This document shows positions 26,491-37,800 of a DNA stretch of 64,000 nt, piece by piece. The translations under genes were made by a program, and so were the position numbers. The DNA is from a virus, in the IMG/VR virus record IMGVR_UViG_3300043496_000205, positions 4,253 through 68,252 of that record, one strand, 5' to 3'. Numbering within the stretch: position 1 is the first letter of the stretch; the number at the start of each line of letters is the position of its first letter. Below the pieces are notes generated by a model. That model saw only the letters and a list, made by a program, of their open reading frames with translations, searched no databases and had not been told where the DNA came from.

Positions 26491-27693
26491 ATGCTGAACT
26501 ATAATGCTCCCACCACAACGGCGAGCGGCACCAGGTCTGACATTGATGCCGCAGGTACTGCCGGTCAGATGCAGACCTTCTTCTGGCTGAAGAAGGCGAT
26601 TATCACCGCCCGCAAAGAGCAGTATTTCATGCCGCTCTCTTCGACGGTGAACATGCCCAAGCACTACGGCAAGACCATCAAGGTCTACGAATACGTGCCC
26701 CTTCTTGATGACCGCAACATCAACGACATGGGCATCGATGCTGCTGGTGCGGTGATCACCAACGGCAACCTGTACGGCTCGTCCAAGGACATCGGCACGA
26801 TCACGTCCAAGCTGCCGGTGCTGACTGAAAACGGTGGCCGTGTGAACCGCGTCGGCTTCACCCGTATCCAGCGTGAAGGCTCCCTGCAGAAGCTCGGCTT
26901 CTTCACTGAGTTCACGCAGGAAGCTCTCAACTTCGACAGCGACGACGAACTGATGGACCATCTGAGCACGGAGCTCATGAATGGCGCCGTCGAAATCTCC
27001 GAGGACATGCTCCAACGAGACCTCCTGAACAACGCAGGCGTCGTCGTCTACGCTGGTATCGCTACCAGCCACGCCACGGTGACCGGTGAAGGTGCAACGC
27101 CTTCGGTCGTCGACTACCAGGATCTCATGCGCCTCGATGCGCTTCTCACCGACAACCGTACCCCGAAGCAGACCAAGATCATCACCGGTTCCCGGATGAT
27201 TGACACCAAGGTCATCTCCGGTGGCCGTGTTCTCTATGTTGGTTCGGAAATCGTCCCCCTCCTGAAGTCGGTCAAGGACCTGTTTAATAACCAGGCCTTC
27301 ATTCCGATTCAGCAATACGGTGACGCCGGGACCATCATGAACGGCGAGATCGGATCGATCGATGCGTTCCGTATCATCCAGGTTCCTGAGATGCTGCACT
27401 GGGCTGGCCAGGGTGCCACTGCTGGCGGTTCCCCGACCTACCGGAACACCTCCGGCAAGTACAATGTCTATCCGCTGCTCTGCGTCGGCGATGACAGCTT
27501 CGTCACCATCGGCTTCGAGACGGATGGCAAGACCGTGAAGTTCTCGGTCATGACCAAGATGCCCGGTAAGGAAACCGCCGACCGTAACGACCCCTACGGT
27601 GAGACCGGGTTCTCCAGCATCAAGTGGTACTACGGCTTCTTGACCAAGCGTCCGGAACGGATCGGCGTGATCAAATCAGTGGCGCCAATCTGA
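26491..27693 (+). CDS. Major capsid protein (N4 gp56-like)
   Basis: 400 aa; [21 protein letters not shown]...[43 protein letters not shown]. Confidence 0.95.
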   Translation: MLNYNAPTTTASGTRSDIDAAGTAGQMQTFFWLKKAIITARKEQYFMPLSSTVNMPKHYGKTIKVYEYVPLLDDRNINDMGIDAAGAVITNGNLYGSSKDIGTITSKLPVLTENGGRVNRVGFTRIQREGSLQKLGFFTEFTQEALNFDSDDELMDHLSTELMNGAVEISEDMLQRDLLNNAGVVVYAGIATSHATVTGEGATPSVVDYQDLMRLDALLTDNRTPKQTKIITGSRMIDTKVISGGRVLYVGSEIVPLLKSVKDLFNNQAFIPIQQYGDAGTIMNGEIGSIDAFRIIQVPEMLHWAGQGATAGGSPTYRNTSGKYNVYPLLCVGDDSFVTIGFETDGKTVKFSVMTKMPGKETADRNDPYGETGFSSIKWYYGFLTKRPERIGVIKSVAPI

Positions 27694-27725
27694 GTCCCCT
27701 CGATCGGGCAACCGCCATTGGTGAG

Positions 27726-27758
27726 GAGGGGGAGTGGCCCTACCGCTCTCCCTCTTTC
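27726..27758 (+). terminator. Probable intrinsic terminator after MCP
   Basis: GAGGGGGAGTGG-CCCTA-CCGCTCTCCCTC hairpin followed by TTTC; short U-tract. Confidence 0.55.
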
Positions 27759-27787
27759 AAAATGAACATAATCCTGGAGGATTATTA

Positions 27788-28696
27788 ATGGCTAACCAGC
27801 CAGAATCTCTCGAGCTATTCAAGAATTTGCCTCTCAGAGCTGGCGGCCCCAGGCCTGGCACCAGGGAAGGTGAAGAGACCCCACCGGAAGATCCGACAAT
27901 CACGGATCCCAATGAGTTCCCGTTGGGTGAGTACGAAGTACCCCCCATGGTGATCGAAGAAACCCCTGCACCGCCGCCACCGGCAGAGGAATCGGGTACC
28001 CCTCCTCCTGAAGAGTCACAGATCGAGGAGCAACCCGAGCAGGATACTCAACCGGAACCGATCGACCCGGATGCCCCACCCGAGGAGGAAACCCCTCCGG
28101 CGATCGATGCTTCCGGAGTAAGGGGGGTGACAGAAATTGACATGCTCAAACAACGGGCTCTGTTGATGGGCATCAAGTTCTCCAACAACATCAGTGCCGC
28201 GACCTTGCGAACCAAGATCCAGGCACGCATAGACGGTGAGGAAGCAAAGGAAGCTGCCGCCACCCTCATCAATGGCAAACCCGAACCAGAAGAAGAGATC
28301 GTCGTGACCGCTGAGCCATCCGCAGCCGAAATCCGCAAGAAGATGTTCGACACCGAGATGCGTCTGGTGAGGCTCCGGATCACCAACCTGGATCCAAAGA
28401 AGAAAGACCTCCCCGGCGAGATCTTTACCGTCGCCAATCGTGTGCTGGGCGCTGTCAAGAAATACATCCCCTATGGCGAGGCGACCGACAACGGCTACCA
28501 TGTGCCCTATGTCATCTACCGCCAGCTGAGGGAGCGCGAGTTCCTCAACATCAAGACCCGCAAGGACCGCCAAGGCCGGACCATCGTCGAGACTGGCATG
28601 GTGCGAGAGTTCGCCCTCGAGGAACTACCACCTCTGACCCAGGCAGAGCTGACTCAACTTGCTGCACAACAGGCAGCTGCAGCAGGCATGAACTGA
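27788..28696 (+). CDS. N4 gp55-like protein with Pro/Glu-rich N-terminal extension
   Basis: GGAGG RBS before ATG 27788; LKQRA.LMGI.FSNNI...TLR.KI; RLVRLRITNLDP.KKDL.GEI.TV.N. Confidence 0.8.
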   Translation: MANQPESLELFKNLPLRAGGPRPGTREGEETPPEDPTITDPNEFPLGEYEVPPMVIEETPAPPPPAEESGTPPPEESQIEEQPEQDTQPEPIDPDAPPEEETPPAIDASGVRGVTEIDMLKQRALLMGIKFSNNISAATLRTKIQARIDGEEAKEAAATLINGKPEPEEEIVVTAEPSAAEIRKKMFDTEMRLVRLRITNLDPKKKDLPGEIFTVANRVLGAVKKYIPYGEATDNGYHVPYVIYRQLREREFLNIKTRKDRQGRTIVETGMVREFALEELPPLTQAELTQLAAQQAAAAGMN

Positions 28697-28742
28697 TTAT
28701 TATCTGATTATTTTATTACGCATTTTTGAAATGGATTAGATA

Positions 28743-29786
28743 ATGGCTGCGACTCCATCTGGTGCCGATGTCTTAGCCAATACCCTACTCAAGAACCTGA
28801 CAACCGGGGTGGATTTCACCGTCCCGGATGTCAACCTTGATGACCCAGCCTATGAACTACCGAAAGCCGAAGGCCCCAACTACGAACAGATCAAACGCCT
28901 GACAGACGACGACCTCACCACTGGTGCGGTCGGCGGCACCGGCATGTTCGACCAGATCATGGTCAGCCTGGTGAACCACCTGAAGGTGGAATACACCGCC
29001 AACCGCATAGCAGGCGCTGAATACACCAAGGCTTACATAGGCGTCATCGGGGCTGCACTTACCACGGCACAGCAGTACCTGCTGGCCAAGGATGCTGCCT
29101 ACTGGACAGCTGTCACCGTTCAGAACCAGGCACGAGTGGCCGAGATCGAGGTGGTCAAGGCCCGCGTCGAGCTGGAAATCTCGAAGGCTACACTGGTCAA
29201 GCTGCAGTTCGAAGCGAACACAGCCAGCGCCCAGTACGGCCTGATCAAGATGCAGATCTCGAATGCCGATGCCGAGTATGCTGGCACCGTGGCGCAGACC
29301 ACAGGCACCACCTACACGAACACCTACCTGCTGCCAGCCCAGCTGGCTCAGAGCAAGGAACAGACCGAGCAGATCGCCTATCAGAACTCGCACATTCTCC
29401 CGGCACAGAAGATCGGCCAGGATCGAACCAACGAGAACCTGAAGTCCCAGGGCGATGGCGTCGACTACACCAACGCAAACATCCTCCCTGCCCAGAAGAA
29501 GCTGATCGTCGAGCAGAGCGAAGCCCAGCGTGCCCAGACCTACGACAAGCGCTCCGATGGCGCCGTTGTCACGGGTGCGATCGGCAAGCAGAAGGAGCTC
29601 TACACCCAGCAGATCAAGGCCTACCAGTTCGATTCCGAGACCAAGCTGGTCAAGCTCTACACGGACAGCTTCATTTCCCAGCTGACCATCAACGAGGGCC
29701 TCAAGGTCCCCGAGCAGTTCGACGAGGGCAGCATCAACTCCATCGTCAAGGAAATGAGAAAGAAACTCGGCTTCACGTCCGTCTGA
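28743..29786 (+). CDS. N4 gp54-like virion protein
   Basis: LTTGAVGGTGMFD.IM..L..HL..EY...RI.GAEY; three ..LPAQ repeats; KQKELY.QQI..Y. Confidence 0.75.
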   Translation: MAATPSGADVLANTLLKNLTTGVDFTVPDVNLDDPAYELPKAEGPNYEQIKRLTDDDLTTGAVGGTGMFDQIMVSLVNHLKVEYTANRIAGAEYTKAYIGVIGAALTTAQQYLLAKDAAYWTAVTVQNQARVAEIEVVKARVELEISKATLVKLQFEANTASAQYGLIKMQISNADAEYAGTVAQTTGTTYTNTYLLPAQLAQSKEQTEQIAYQNSHILPAQKIGQDRTNENLKSQGDGVDYTNANILPAQKKLIVEQSEAQRAQTYDKRSDGAVVTGAIGKQKELYTQQIKAYQFDSETKLVKLYTDSFISQLTINEGLKVPEQFDEGSINSIVKEMRKKLGFTSV

Positions 29787-29788
29787 TC

Positions 29789-32056
29789 ATGGGACTTTTC
29801 AGCGACAAGAAAATCATCTCGGTCGCGTCGTCCGTTTACAATATGGCAGGCGAAGAGAAGGACCGTCCGCAGTTCCTGCAGAGCCTGATCATGAGAAACA
29901 TTCTCTCAGGCACCAGGGACAGCATGGGTGATACCATCATCACTGGCTACCTGAATGGCCCAGCCATGAGGCTCAGGCAGTTCTACAAGTGGGCACGTCA
30001 GAGCAAGAACTACGGCCAGATAGGCATGCCTACCGGTACCCTCGGCAGTGGTGACGAGATCGATCCCAAAAAGACCGAGATCTATATCCCCCATAGTGCT
30101 GCGACCCAGGTGTGGTGCCAGTCCGCCGAGACAGGCATCGCGGATTACACTTACTGGGCTGAAGAATGGGTCATGAAGAACCGACCCACCCAGTTGGACA
30201 AGGCCTGGGTCGCCACACACAATGCGACCACCAACAAGATCACGATCCGGTTCGTGGACAACTCGACGGTGTCATTCACACCAGCCAATTTCTATAAAGA
30301 TAAATATTATGTCTATGCATATTATATAATCATAACAAATCCAGGTAATAATGAGACCATAAGCTATGGTCCCGACCAGATCATGATCTATCGACTGGGT
30401 ACGGGTAAGCCTGGCCTGGATGCCCTGGTCCAACAGGGCTCATCCTATGGTGAGTTCTTCCCATTCATCCCAGTCCGGCTGGACGGCAAGTTCCTGTCCG
30501 ACACCCATGAGCCCACTGCCTTCAAGCAGGCTGACAAGGCCTACAAGAAGGCAACCGGTGGCCGCTACAAGGAGATGATTGAGGAGCTCAAGGACAATAA
30601 GGACCTCGACGATATCGACTACGCCTATGTGGTGTTCGGGGTATCCCTCAACGTGGTGGAGATGTCCTGCAAGCGGTACCTCTACACGTTCTTCGAGAAG
30701 CTGATGTTCTCCCAGAAGGGAGGTCCCCAAGCTTATCAGAAATGGGCGGCAGCCTCGCGTGCCCAATCGCTCACCTATAATACCTGGCGCAATTGGAAGA
30801 CAGATCTCGAGGTGCACCGTGGCGGTCACAACAGAGGAGGTGAATCTCCGGGTGATCCAGGACCTGAACCAACCCGTCCCACCATGCCTGCACCGCCTTC
30901 GAATACGATCAAGATTACCAACACGACCAAGCTGGATACGGATTATGACATCCGTATCTCGTGGTCATACATCATGAACGGTGTCGGCACCGGCAAAGGT
31001 CGACCGGGAGCCAGGACCAATGACTGCTGGCTGGTCTACACGGGTGAGGACAAGGCGATCCAGAACTTCTTCTCCCAGGAAGTCAGCATATTTTTTCAAA
31101 ACAAAGACATCTCATCCCACAAATTCCGCATCTATTGGCAGCGTTCAGCCAACAGCTACACCTACCTCGACGTGGTCGGGATGGTGCATAAGAACATGAT
31201 CTACGGTGGCAAATCCGTGACGATCAATGCCAAGGAAGCGCTGCAGAACGCAGACGAATCTGGCTTCATCGTCCCACTGCACTACGAGACCTGGCGTGAG
31301 ACGCCGATCATCGATGCATCCCAGATGGGCACGGCCTGCATCTTCATGGTGGTCAATTCTTATCAGGTGACCAAACAGAAATGGTACCAGAGGGGGATCT
31401 TCAGGATCTTCCTGGTGATTATCATCGCCATCGTCAGCGTGGTGCTCACTGGTGGTGCTGGCCTGGGTCTTCTGGGTGCTCACCTGAGCGTCGGCAGTGC
31501 CCTCGGGTTCTCAGGCATGACCGCAGCAATCGTCGGCTCCGTGGTGAATGCTCTTGCAGCTCTAGTCCTGACCACCATTCTGGAGAAGGTGGCAGGGGCA
31601 TTCGGTGCCCTGGGTCCAGTCATTGCAGCGGTGCTGGGCATCGTGATTGGCAACATCGCCAGTGCCTTCCAGTCTGGTGGCGCCATAGCGATCAACTGGG
31701 GTTCGTTCCTGCGAGCGGACAACCTGCTGAAGATCACCGATGCGATTGGCACCGGGCTGCAGAAAATGATCCAGGAATCCACCTTGGAAGTCCAGCAGGA
31801 CATGATAGAGCTCGCCAAGAAAGCCAATGACGAGCTGCTCAAAATCAAGGAAGCGTATGTCGCTGAATTCGGTTATGGTCAGATCAAAATCGACCCAATG
31901 GAATTGTTTGTTAACGATAAGTCTCTACGCATGGAGAGCCCGTCTACCTTCCTGGCTCGGACTACATTAACTGGTTCTGATATTGTAGAAATGTCCCAGG
32001 ATATGTTATATAATTTCGCTGAATATAGCATCAAATTGCCTGATGCATTTGCTTAA
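29789..32056 (+). CDS. N4 gp53-like virion protein with C-terminal hydrophobic segments
   Basis: MGLFS.KK...VASSVYNMAG; FFPFIPVR; DIDYAYVVFGVSLN; KWYQ.G.F then TM-like stretches. Confidence 0.78.
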   Translation: MGLFSDKKIISVASSVYNMAGEEKDRPQFLQSLIMRNILSGTRDSMGDTIITGYLNGPAMRLRQFYKWARQSKNYGQIGMPTGTLGSGDEIDPKKTEIYIPHSAATQVWCQSAETGIADYTYWAEEWVMKNRPTQLDKAWVATHNATTNKITIRFVDNSTVSFTPANFYKDKYYVYAYYIIITNPGNNETISYGPDQIMIYRLGTGKPGLDALVQQGSSYGEFFPFIPVRLDGKFLSDTHEPTAFKQADKAYKKATGGRYKEMIEELKDNKDLDDIDYAYVVFGVSLNVVEMSCKRYLYTFFEKLMFSQKGGPQAYQKWAAASRAQSLTYNTWRNWKTDLEVHRGGHNRGGESPGDPGPEPTRPTMPAPPSNTIKITNTTKLDTDYDIRISWSYIMNGVGTGKGRPGARTNDCWLVYTGEDKAIQNFFSQEVSIFFQNKDISSHKFRIYWQRSANSYTYLDVVGMVHKNMIYGGKSVTINAKEALQNADESGFIVPLHYETWRETPIIDASQMGTACIFMVVNSYQVTKQKWYQRGIFRIFLVIIIAIVSVVLTGGAGLGLLGAHLSVGSALGFSGMTAAIVGSVVNALAALVLTTILEKVAGAFGALGPVIAAVLGIVIGNIASAFQSGGAIAINWGSFLRADNLLKITDAIGTGLQKMIQESTLEVQQDMIELAKKANDELLKIKEAYVAEFGYGQIKIDPMELFVNDKSLRMESPSTFLARTTLTGSDIVEMSQDMLYNFAEYSIKLPDAFA

Positions 32057-32070
32057 AAATAGGTGATCTC

Positions 32071-32580
32071 ATGTCTCTGTCAGACACCCTCAACTACTAC
32101 AGCAATCCCTATGGAGCGGGAGCAAATCCTGCCTATACGAATGGGGTCACTACTGCCGCCCCAACCTCGACCATTGTCGATCCGTTGAACCCGACAGCAA
32201 CGGCACCCCTGCCGGAGATGGCAGGTGGCGGTGGCGCCAACACCCTCACGGGTAAAGGCGTGGGTGATGTCGGTGCTGGTAACCTGGCTCCCGGTGCCAA
32301 GAATACATTTGGTTGGAACCTGGGTTCCCTTGATCTGGTTCTCGGCGGCATCAAGACGATCGGTGGATTGTGGGCTGCCTGGCAGGAGAACAAGCTGGCC
32401 AAGGAGCAGCTGAAGCTGCAGCAGCAGACCACCAATGCCAACTTCGCAAACCAGGTCAGCGCCTACAACACGGCCCTCGAGGACAAGACGCGGCATCGTG
32501 CGTCGTTCAATGAGCTGCCACAGGCCGAGGCTGACGCCTATCTCGCCAGCCACAAGCTGGACAAAGTGAACATCGGGTGA
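32071..32580 (+). CDS. N4 gp52-like small ejection protein
   Basis: 169 aa, Gly/Ala-rich, Cys-free; GGLWAAWQ..KLAKEQL...N..NQVSAYNT.LED. Confidence 0.7.
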   Translation: MSLSDTLNYYSNPYGAGANPAYTNGVTTAAPTSTIVDPLNPTATAPLPEMAGGGGANTLTGKGVGDVGAGNLAPGAKNTFGWNLGSLDLVLGGIKTIGGLWAAWQENKLAKEQLKLQQQTTNANFANQVSAYNTALEDKTRHRASFNELPQAEADAYLASHKLDKVNIG

Positions 32581-32588
32581 GGTGAGCC

Positions 32589-34832
32589 GTGGCCGTTCTT
32601 AAGTGGGATGATGTTGCCTACAATCCTGTCGCTACTCGGGGGGGTGCTACCGCAGCTGCCCTACTGAACGATGGGATCACTGGGTTCAGTGATGCGCTCG
32701 CCAAATACGAGGCGCGAGAGACTAAGAATGCAGGTGTCGCTGGCATCGCTGAAGCGATGAAGCTCACGACTGCCGAGCAGTACCGGCAGGCTGCCAAAGA
32801 AGGCAGACTTCAGATCAACGAGAGCAACATCGACTTCTTCACGGGCCGGGAGAAGGAACTCCTCGCTAACGAGCAGTCCCAGGTACTCACCAAAGGTTAC
32901 ACACTCGACAACCAGGGCAAGCTCATCGATCAGGAGGGCAAGCGTGTCCAGATCGAAGGCTGGCGTATTGATAATCAGGGTAAGATTATTGATAATGAAG
33001 GCAAGGTTATTGGTAATAACCAACAGGCCCTGGCTCTCGAGGAGAGCAAATACAATTTTGGTCGAACCAAAGATCAGCATGTAGCCGAGCTGGAAGCTGC
33101 TCCCATCATGGCTCGCATCAGTCAGCTTGCTGATTCCGGTACAGCTGAAGGTCGCCGCCAGGCCAATGCACTAGCCGTCGAACATGCTCCCCTGCTTGTC
33201 AAAGCAAACATGAGCCTGAAGGATGTGGCTGGCATCAGCGGAGATATCCGTACCCAGGTTGAAGCTGGCATCCAAACCAATGAGGCCGTCTTCAAAGGCG
33301 CCGAGACAGCCAAGGATCAACAAGCAAACCTGGCAGGCCAGAAAATCTTCCAGGATTTTTACAATAATAATAGTTATATTAACTATGAAGACGCTGTCAA
33401 AGCTCTCAATGCTGGACCTGGCGATGCCAAGGCCAAGGAATATGCGGCATCTCTCCTTGAGAAAAACAAGGCGATCATGTTCCCGCAGGACCCCAACATC
33501 GAGACGACGATCTTCGATCAGGGTCAACGGGAAGGAGCCACACCAGGAGCACCAAAACCCACTGGTGGTGCCCTCTATGACCTCGTAACTGGCAAGGAGA
33601 GCGCCAACAGGTGGGATGCTCTCTATGGCCAAAGCCAAGGCAAGGGAGGTGCTTTCGAGGGTGTCGATGTCACCCGCATGACGATTGGTGATCTCGACAA
33701 ATTCTCTTCGGAGTATGGCCCCTGGGTCGCTGAGAGGAACAAGGGCGTCACTGCCACCCCGATGGGGATGTTCCAGATCGTCAATAAGACGCTCCAGTCA
33801 GCAGCCAAGGAGATGGGTCTCCCGCCTGACACGGTGTTCGATGCCGACACCCAGACCAAGATCTTCCAGCATCTGGCCGACAAGCGTCTGCTCGGGCCTC
33901 GCTCGATGCAGACAAAGCTGAATGGCATTAGGGAAGAGTGGGCAGCCCTCAAGGGTGTCAGCGATACCCAGCTGGCAGCAGCGATCACCTCCTACGAGAA
34001 CGGCGATCGAAACGCTCTGAGCTCCATGTTGGATCCAACCCAGCAGACAGCCGCAGCCCAGGACCCAGCGATCGTAGAGAACGCGCTTACAGCTGCAGCC
34101 AAGTCTGGTCAGCCTCTGAACTACCAGCTGAACCAGGCTCTCTTCGATACGGCCAAGCAGAAGGACGCCTACGCTTCCCAGCTGATCCAGCAGATGAACC
34201 TGGACTCATCCTTCGGTGGCGACAGGGCAGCTGTGCTGCAGGAGCTGGTGAACCCAACGCAGGTGGGTGCCGGTCAGCGTGGCAAGATGGTCAAGGACGC
34301 CTTCAATGAGGTGTCCCCAGACATCCCGGATGCAGCAAGCGAGGAAGACAAGTCCGCAAGCCTTGCCGCGTTCGACAATGAAGTGAGGTTCGCGCAGAAC
34401 GAATATAACCTGACGATGCCCCAGGCCATCGCCATGGTGAAGGGTTCCACTGCCCAGTCTTCCTGGTGGGAAGCCTGGAAGGGAAACCAGTACGTCGACC
34501 ACAAGCAGCTCAAAGAATACATCGGCAGCATCCTCGATCTCAAGGAGCAAGACCCTCAGAAACGTATGGAGAAAGCCAAGGTCGAGCTGCAGGCCCAGGC
34601 CGCCAAGACCGCTGGTGCTGCTAATATCCAGCAATATCAAAAAGATTATCAGAATGCCATGACCGATTATTATAGCGCAGCTGAACGAAGAAGAAATGGC
34701 CAGCCAGTCAATGACTCCCTGGCTCTTCAGCGTGTGCTTGCTTATGGCAAGAGACTACAAGCCGAGCTCGATAGAATTAATGCTAATCCAGTATCATCAG
34801 CTAATATTGCAGCTATAAAAGCAGAGCAGTAA
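32589..34832 (+). CDS. N4 gp51-like ejection protein with central lysozyme-like (muramidase) domain
   Basis: Upstream of vRNAP, Cys-free; ES..RWDALYG...MTIG...TPMGMFQIV..TL......GL....FDA.TQ lysozyme-like motif; GTG start with GAGGTGA RBS. Confidence 0.72.
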   Translation: MAVLKWDDVAYNPVATRGGATAAALLNDGITGFSDALAKYEARETKNAGVAGIAEAMKLTTAEQYRQAAKEGRLQINESNIDFFTGREKELLANEQSQVLTKGYTLDNQGKLIDQEGKRVQIEGWRIDNQGKIIDNEGKVIGNNQQALALEESKYNFGRTKDQHVAELEAAPIMARISQLADSGTAEGRRQANALAVEHAPLLVKANMSLKDVAGISGDIRTQVEAGIQTNEAVFKGAETAKDQQANLAGQKIFQDFYNNNSYINYEDAVKALNAGPGDAKAKEYAASLLEKNKAIMFPQDPNIETTIFDQGQREGATPGAPKPTGGALYDLVTGKESANRWDALYGQSQGKGGAFEGVDVTRMTIGDLDKFSSEYGPWVAERNKGVTATPMGMFQIVNKTLQSAAKEMGLPPDTVFDADTQTKIFQHLADKRLLGPRSMQTKLNGIREEWAALKGVSDTQLAAAITSYENGDRNALSSMLDPTQQTAAAQDPAIVENALTAAAKSGQPLNYQLNQALFDTAKQKDAYASQLIQQMNLDSSFGGDRAAVLQELVNPTQVGAGQRGKMVKDAFNEVSPDIPDAASEEDKSASLAAFDNEVRFAQNEYNLTMPQAIAMVKGSTAQSSWWEAWKGNQYVDHKQLKEYIGSILDLKEQDPQKRMEKAKVELQAQAAKTAGAANIQQYQKDYQNAMTDYYSAAERRRNGQPVNDSLALQRVLAYGKRLQAELDRINANPVSSANIAAIKAEQ

Positions 34833-34838
34833 TCAATA

Positions 34839-37800
34839 ATGGCTAGTGTTCTTGGCAACAGCCTCAAGGCGAGTGATTTCACTCAGCCTGCATCCTCGAT
34901 GCCGCCACCCCCTCCGTCATTGACGGAGCAGGATGTCAGCGATCTGGAGTTCAGCGCCCGAGACGCAGCCTACAAACGCTCGCAGACAGACTTCACGTCT
35001 ACCCCCGCCGAGGTGGTGGACCCGCTGGATGAAGCAGCCAAGACGCTGTGGAAGACAGGCAGTGTAACCGAGGCCATCAAGACCTACTCACCACCGGACC
35101 CGAACGCTCCTAAGATGCAGGAGCTTTCGCCGATGATGAAACGGATGCGTGATCTCAATGAGATCCGCAACGCCACCCAGAGTTCCCAGGGCGTGGCGAT
35201 GTTCGAGCTGAAGCGCCAGGACACGGAGAACTTCGACAACCAGGTTGCCAAAGACTACCAGAACATGGACGCCAATGTGTTCGAGCAGGTGTATGGCGCC
35301 GAAGCTCGCAACAACATGATGGCCCTGACCCTTGGTGCCGCCGACATCAACAGGCGAAAGAATACCAGCCGTGGTGTCACAGAGCATCTGCAGGATGCAG
35401 GCACCCAGATCGTAGCCGGTGTTCCCTCGCTGATAGGTGGTGTTGGAGCCCTGGCTCTCAAACTGAACAGCTACACACCTGCTGGCTATGCCCAGGACAA
35501 GATTGCTGAATGGGTTGGCATAACCGAGAAGGGTGGACCCACATTCAATGAGCAGATGTCCACCACCGTAGCCAAGCTGGGTGAAGCAGGCAGGAAATTT
35601 GTCCTACAAAATGAAACCCAGGCAGGCCAGGATCTACGTTATGCCGACGAGGTACAGGCAGCTGTCGATCAGGAACAACAGGCCAAGGATTATCGTGAAA
35701 ATCTTTCCAAGGATGGTCTGGCTCTCGCCGAGCTGAGAGACTTTGGACACAGCCTCACCAACACTGGCTCCAGACTGATCACTGATCCGTCCAGAGGCGC
35801 GGCTCTTGTCTTCGAGAGCGTGCCTTCCCTGGCAGCAGGTGGCCCTGCAGCCAAGGTCATCACCAAGGGCGCCAAGCTCGCCATGGGTGTCGATGCTGCA
35901 GCTACTGCAGGCACCAGGGCAGCAGTTGCGGAAGCGATATCCTTCCCGACTGCCATCGGTGCGATGGAAGGTGCTGATGCCTACGGTGGCACGACAGCCC
36001 AGATCATGAACATGAGCCACGATGAGCTCATGGTGAAGTCGCCCGAGTATCAGAAGCTGATCTCGTCGGGCTTCACCGAAGAGGGAGCCAAGACCCGTAT
36101 CGCTACCAATGCTGGTCTCAAGGCAGCTGCGATCGCTGCTCCTATCGGAGCAGTCACTTCCGCTGCAGCCAAGACCAAGGCATTCGAAACCAACCTGTTC
36201 AAGCCCAGGTCACTGGGTCAGACCGGTGTCAACGTCGCCAAGGAAGTTCCCGAGGAAGCAGCCCAGGGATTCGGTGGTCAGTACGCCACCAACGAAGGTG
36301 TCCAGCAGGCAGCCAATCCAGATCAGCGTGCCCTTGCGGACACTGGTGCAGCTACTCTGGAGGGTGCTGTCGCAGGCGGTGGCATGCCTCTCCTCACGCA
36401 TGGCCCGGTGCATGTCACCAAGGGTGCAGGCGAGGTCGCCAAGGCTGTAGTCGATACCGCTGTCGTCAAACCTCTCAAGATGGTTGGCGATTCACTGGTT
36501 GCCAGAGGTGAGGCAAGGAAGGCTGAGCAGGCTGCAAAGGCGCCCACCTCGACTGAGACACTCACTCCCGAGGTCGCAGCTGCAGCTACGGCTGCACCAG
36601 TGGTGGGTCAGAGCCTGCGTGCTTTGGCGGAGGAAGCTGCCAAGCTACCCCCTGTAGGGACAACCGAGACAGCCCCGAAGGCTCCAGCCTCAACAACTGA
36701 GGCCATCCCTGTGGCCACGACAGAGACTGCCCCTGCTGCTGAGACTGGAAAGGAAACTGTTACCGGAACCGAGCCAGAGACTGAAGCCCCAGCTACTCCA
36801 GAGGAGAGGGAAACCTTCATCAAGAAGGTGGAATCTGCAGCCCTGCTGCAGACTGAAGACTTCGAGGGCATGCCCATGTCCGTGACCCAGAGAGTGGGTG
36901 ACCTGGCGCAGTCCAAGGGTGAAGCACCCAATCGCTTCGAGGCCATGACCGAGGTGGCCAAGGTACTCGATGACGAGAAGGCTACCCCCGATGAAAAGGT
37001 AGCGGCAGCTTCATTTATAACGAAGATTATTAATGAAAATAAGGATCTGTTCGGTCCTGAATCCCCTCTCCCTGACTTCCTGGCGAATGCTCCTGCGGAT
37101 CACAAGAGCCGACAGGAGTTCGATAGCTACGCCCAGACCCTGCAGAAGCTGGGTGATAACCCAGCCATCAAGAAGGCTGTCGACTGGCTTCAGAAGGAAG
37201 CTGTCGTCGAGGAGAAAGACTTCAGCACGATCGACCTCAACAGCGAGGAGGGTCAACAGGCTGTCGATACTGTCGTCAATGTCGCCACGCATGCACCGCA
37301 TAAGCTGAGCGAAGCCACGGTCGATAGCCTGCTGCAGGCCGATGAGAAAACCTCCAAGCTGACCCCACGCGCACGCCAGGTCCTGCGTGGCACCCAGTCT
37401 ACGCTGGCTGCTGAACGTATGTTCTCCGCCAACAATCGCCTACCCGAGGCAGGACTGGTCGAGGCGGAAGCCAGTGAGCTAGAGACTGAGCTCGAGGAGA
37501 CCAAGGGTAAGGACGAGGCTACCATTGCCAGGGTCAAGGAGCAGCGTCAGGCCAGGGCTGCCAAAGCCAAGGCTGCCAAGGCTGAAGCCAGTGCTACTCC
37601 TCCTGGATCCACTGAGCAGAGTGACACCGCACCCGGCATAGAGACGCCGGGCATGAGTGCGGAAGGCTCTGCCAACATCGATCTGATGTCCCGTCAGATC
37701 AACGAGGATGGTGGCGCCAAGGCACACCAGAAGCCAATCAAGACTCACGTCGCCGAGATCAGCAAGGCGATCATGTCGGGCGATACCAAGGCCATAAAGA

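Noticed and set aside
27200-27205. TTGACA hexamer inside the MCP gene (also ~13310)
   Set aside because: Coding context with no supporting -10 element or downstream gene start
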